DNA of 64,000 nt from Antechinus flavipes (taxonomy: Eukaryota), in the NCBI RefSeq assembly GCF_016432865.1, contig NC_067401.1, positions 36,890,001 through 36,954,000 on the forward strand, written 5' to 3'. The position numbers and the translations under genes are program-made. Numbering within the stretch: the stretch's first letter is position 1; each line of letters starts with the position of its first letter. Below the pieces are notes generated by a model. The model made no database searches. It was given only the letters and a program-made list of their open reading frames with translations, and had not been told where the DNA came from. Shown here one piece after another: positions 60,191 to 64,000 of this stretch.

Positions 60191-61549
60191 GTGGAACACA
60201 AAGAACAAATAAATGTAAAAAGACAGAAATATTAAACAAGTTCTTTGTAGACCATAAATTAATAAAATTGCTAATTAACATAGGCAATATATGAAAAAAT
60301 ACTAGCCTAGATGGGGACTGTCTACATTCTTCATTTCTTCTTTTGAAAACTGTTAATGTCCTTTCCCAGCGTAGTTATTGGGAAATAGCTCCTAGTTTTA
60401 TATATTTTATGTGAATTCTATATCTTGGGTATCAAGCTTGTCAGATTTTTAATGCAAAGTTTTTGGGTTTTGATTTTCCTTTTTACCACCTTCTGTTATT
60501 CTGGTCACATTGATTTTGTTTGTGCAAAATTTTTTGAATGTTATACAGTTGAACATGTCCATTTTTATCTTGTGTGATTTCCCTTGTTTTGTTTTAAATT
60601 CTCTAACAATTGTTATGAAAGATTGTTTTTTCTAATTGTTTTATTATATTTTTTAACCTCTAGATTACTTATCCATTTCGTGCTTATTGTGGTATATGTT
60701 GAAAGATGCTTATCTATACCCAATTTCTGGTTAACTTTTTTTTTCCCCCAGGAATTTTTGACAAATAGGAAGACTTTTCCCCAGTAGTTTGTGTTCTGTC
60801 CTTTTTATTCCCTGATACACGTTGAAAGCAGAAAATCAGCAAAGCTACTGGTAACTCTGTATTTTATTATCCTTTCTCTTTTCTTTGGGACAGGATAAGA
60901 TTATATCTTGCAGTTTATTTTTGTGTAAGTACTATATTTTGTTTTAAGGCACCAGGTGTCTAATGTTAAACCTGTTCCTGTGGTTAACTATATGTGGAAG
61001 TATGCCTTGAAGGTATCTTTGTAGGTTGTAAAATGGGAATTGCTGAAAGATTGTGACAATTAGGGAGGAGGCCTGGACTGTTCTCTTGTAGCCTTAGGTG
61101 ATGATACAGACTAAACAAGCTCAGCCTTTACTCCCTGGAACATTTGGTGCCACACTCACTACCAGGAGATTGGGCTTTTAACATACAGAAATGGTCAAGT
61201 GAGTTGCTGTCTTTGAGCAGCTGTGCAGAAATTCCTGCGTGACAAGGAGAACTCCACTGCACATACTTAGTGGCCAAGGGCAGCAGAAAAGAGGGCTGGA
61301 TTTAGAGCCAAAAGGTATGAGTCTGAAATCCTCCCTTTGTCATGTACTGCTTCTGTGATTTTAGGCAAGCTGCCAAGCTCCTCTGGCTCTTCTCTAGAGG
61401 TGAGAAGTTTGGACTCTTAAGTGTGTAATGTCTGACCTTCCTCTGATCCACAGCTGAAAATAGCTTACATCCTTCCTCAAAAGATTGAATATTGGTTTTC
61501 AACTGTTGAAGGATTTTTATTCTGGGTTCTAAATTTTTCCACCATTCCG

Positions 61550-61905
61550 CAGATGTCCTCTCCCTTTATTCCCCTCCACATTTACACAACACACACACAC
61601 ACACACAACACACACATTCACACATGCCTTCTACAGCCCCCTTCTCCCACTGGCAGGTTACTCCCAGAAACTCAACTTGGAAGGCCAATTGTCCTTCATC
61701 CTTCTCCTGGTTTCACGTTTGGTTCTCATTTGTGACATCACACTCCATCTTTCTACCTCCTGTTTTTTGGCTTCATTTTATGTATTTGTGTTCCCTCATG
61801 AAGAGGTAAGCTTCTTGAAGGCAGGGACTATTTTCTTTTTGCTTCAGTTTGTATTCAAAGCACTTCACACAGTACCTGGCACTAGTAATCCCTTAGTGCT
61901 TGCTG
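61550..61905 (+). mobile_element. L2 3' end with an internal (CA)n run
   Basis: gtaagcttcttgaaggcagggactatt...tttgtattc...cacagtacctggcac. Confidence 0.65.
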
Positions 61906-62821
61906 TCTGGAGCCTGGTATTGAGCTGTGCTTTTGGGGCTGTCTGCCTCCCTCTGATTGTTGTACCCAGGATGGTTGTAGCAATTGTAGCAGTAGTTCTA
62001 TCAGCTTCTGTCTAAAGCCAAATCTTGTGCAGTTTCATTTGACTGTCTTTTAAATACTTCCTCAGTGTCCTTGCTGGTGTTTACCTTATTTCAGATCACT
62101 TCACAACAGCAGCTTGAGTCTCCTGCTGTGGAAGGAGCTCCTGATGTAACGGCATGTGGCATAGTACTAGGAGAGTTGAAAGCAGAATCAGTTGTGGTAC
62201 AAGATTGTTTGTAATCTCACACAAGATATATATGGGTTAGTAAACTCAGGTCTAGATATAGACTTAATCATAGTTAGCTTTGGGAATTCTTACAAGTTTT
62301 TTTCAACAGAAATGAGGAAGTTAAGGCACTTTGAATGTCACATGAAGACATGTGGGCTTTAGGAAAGAGATGGTAGGCAAATAGGGGAAAAAGAAATTAC
62401 GGGAAAGGGCAAGTGAGGTAAAGAATAAACATGTAGCACTCTTAGTGTAAGAGGTCATGAAAAAAAATGGATTTGCAATTCCTGTCACACATTAGGCATA
62501 AATAAATAAATTAGGCAATAATAAATTTAATAGAACTGCTCCCTGGAAGTGGAGCAGTTTCCATATGATGAAAAGTGATGACAGTTGGACTTTTAAAAGA
62601 ATATGGAATGATTTCATAGAGGTGGAAAACAAGAGGTAGATATGGGCTTCCTCTGACCAAGGTCTGAATGTTCTAGTAATGTCAGGAGTTCAGGTTTCCT
62701 GCTTCCAAGCTCCTACTCTGTTTAGAGAAATGAAGTAGGAGGTAATGGTTTGAGATCAATTCTCTCTTTTTTCCCCCCACTCCTTCCCATGCTGCTCTTC
62801 ATTCTTAGAATCAGCTGCACT

Positions 62822-63360
62822 TAAATCTTTTGATCCAGCAGTGTTTCTACTGGGCTTATATCCCAAAGAGATCTTAAAGTAGGGAAAGGAAACATGTGCA
62901 AACATGTTTGTGGCAACCCTTTTTGTAGTGGCTAAAAACTGGAAACTGAATAGATGCCCACTAATTGGAGAATGGCTGAATAAATTATAGTATATGAACT
63001 ATATGGAATATTATTGTTCTGTAAGAAATGACCAGCAGGATGATTTCAGAGAGGCTTGGAGAGACTTACATGAACTGATGCTAAGTGAAGCGAACAGAAC
63101 CAAGAGAACATTGTACACAACAAGAGCCTCTTCCTTCTTGATCTGATTTTTATTGTGCAATAATTGTATAAATATGTAGACATATATTGGATTTAACATA
63201 TATTTTAACATGTTTAACATGTGTTGGACTACCTGCTAGCTAGGGGAGGAGGGGAGAAGCGGGAGAAAATTTGGAACAAAATGTTTTGCAAGGGTCAGTG
63301 TTGAAAAATTACCCGTACATATGTTTTGTAAATAAAAAGCTTTAATTTAAAAAAAAAAAA
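62822..63360 (+). mobile_element. 5'-truncated L1 (539 bp) with poly(A) and a perfect 13-bp TSD aatcagctgcact (62809-62821 / 63361-63373)
   Basis: ttttgatccagcagtgtttctactgggcttatatcccaaagagatc...aataaaaagctttaattt followed by an A run. The target ttctt/agaa fits the L1 endonuclease preference. Confidence 0.92.
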
Positions 63361-63944
63361 AATCAGCTGCACTGGCATCTCCCATTCAAGTATATACCAA
63401 TCATTGCTTTTTTTCTACATTAGGCTTTCCATTCATTGTTTGGTACCAATGGCATATTATTAATTATATAGAAGTGGGAAAATAAAGCACTCACATTTCT
63501 AGAAAGCTAAAAACAGAAAAGGGCAAAAGCATGAGCTATGAAAGGATGATCTCTTATTTGACCCAGACCAATTTCCATTTTATATTCATTGACTCTGCCT
63601 CTGGTAAATTCAGGTTTTTTTTTTTTTAAAAGGTGCATCATTAGGACATATTTTCATTGGAAGAGGAAGCTGGGTGGCAAGAAATTTTTTTTCAGGAAGT
63701 AATGGAGTCTTATAGAAAGTCATCCTGGGGAAAATGGAGAGATACTGATTATCCTGGGACATTTAAGAACAGTGAAGGAGGATGCGTGTGAGTGCTGAGC
63801 GTCTCTGTGTGTCATGAGGGATAAAAACTCTTTGCCACCTGGAAGAGGAAAGGAAACTAGGTGACATATTTCCAGACACAGACTTTCCTTTTCTCCCTCT
63901 TGGCTCTCTCAGGTGTCCTGATTCTCCTTTTGCTTCCTTGGCAG

Positions 63945-64000
63945 GTGGCTGTAAAAAATAACATTGACGTCTTCTACTTCAGCTGCCTCATCCCACTCAA
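63945..64000 (+). CDS. AP2B1: AP2B1 coding exon (~exon 19), partial, VAVKNNIDVFYFSCLIPL..., includes Y815
   Basis: Acceptor cttccttggcag|GTG. The exon runs off the end of the window. Confidence 0.95.
   Translation, partial: MAVKNNIDVFYFSCLIPL

Larger units (their letters stand above)
1..64000 (+). other. AP2B1: AP2B1 gene body (partial; window starts inside the intron before the V176 exon and ends inside the Y815 exon)
   Basis: 14 exons join in frame to give the beta-2 adaptin trunk, hinge and appendage. Residues [22 protein letters not shown] and GHIYM match my recollection of AP2B1 rather than AP1B1. Confidence 0.97.

Noticed and set aside
8731-64000. Possibility that the gene is the paralogue AP1B1
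   Set aside because: Diagnostic segments (HPNSN...[34 protein letters not shown]) match my recollection of AP2B1, not AP1B1.
1-64000. CRISPR arrays, operons, prophage, intact tRNA/rRNA/snRNA genes or NUMTs
   Set aside because: None seen. The 45-bp repeat has no spacers, and the tRNA-like A/B boxes belong to SINE heads.

Overview
Eukaryotic genomic DNA from a marsupial, probably an Australian/dasyurid-type species. This is inferred from WSINE1-like and MAR1 CORE-SINEs, BovB/RTE and marsupial L1 tails; the species cannot be fixed from sequence alone. The whole window lies inside one + strand gene, AP2B1 (clathrin adaptor AP-2 beta-2 subunit). I traced 14 coding exons, one of them partial (human exons ~6-19, recalled numbering), and they join in one continuous frame covering about residues 176-823 of the 937-aa numbering plus the 14-aa alternative insert. 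All introns are GT-AG except one GC-AG intron (donor 11889). Three exons (11793-11888, 17425-17523, 40487-40528) are missing from the ORF track. The introns are full of L1, L2, L3/CR1, RTE/BovB, MIR, MAR1 and WSINE1 remnants, and there is a 160-N assembly gap. I see no prokaryotic features, no CRISPR array and no convincing RNA gene. The best leads are an unidentified ~1 kb antisense polyadenylated retrocopy (2275-3282), the GC-AG intron, the 42-nt cassette exon and its flanking splicing motifs, two upstream decoy acceptors whose stop codon overlaps the real branch-point motif, donor-like exon starts, a 3 x 45-bp minisatellite near an acceptor, a BovB fragment and a TSD-flanked sense L1 tail. 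Repeat family names and human residue comparisons come from memory, not database searches.
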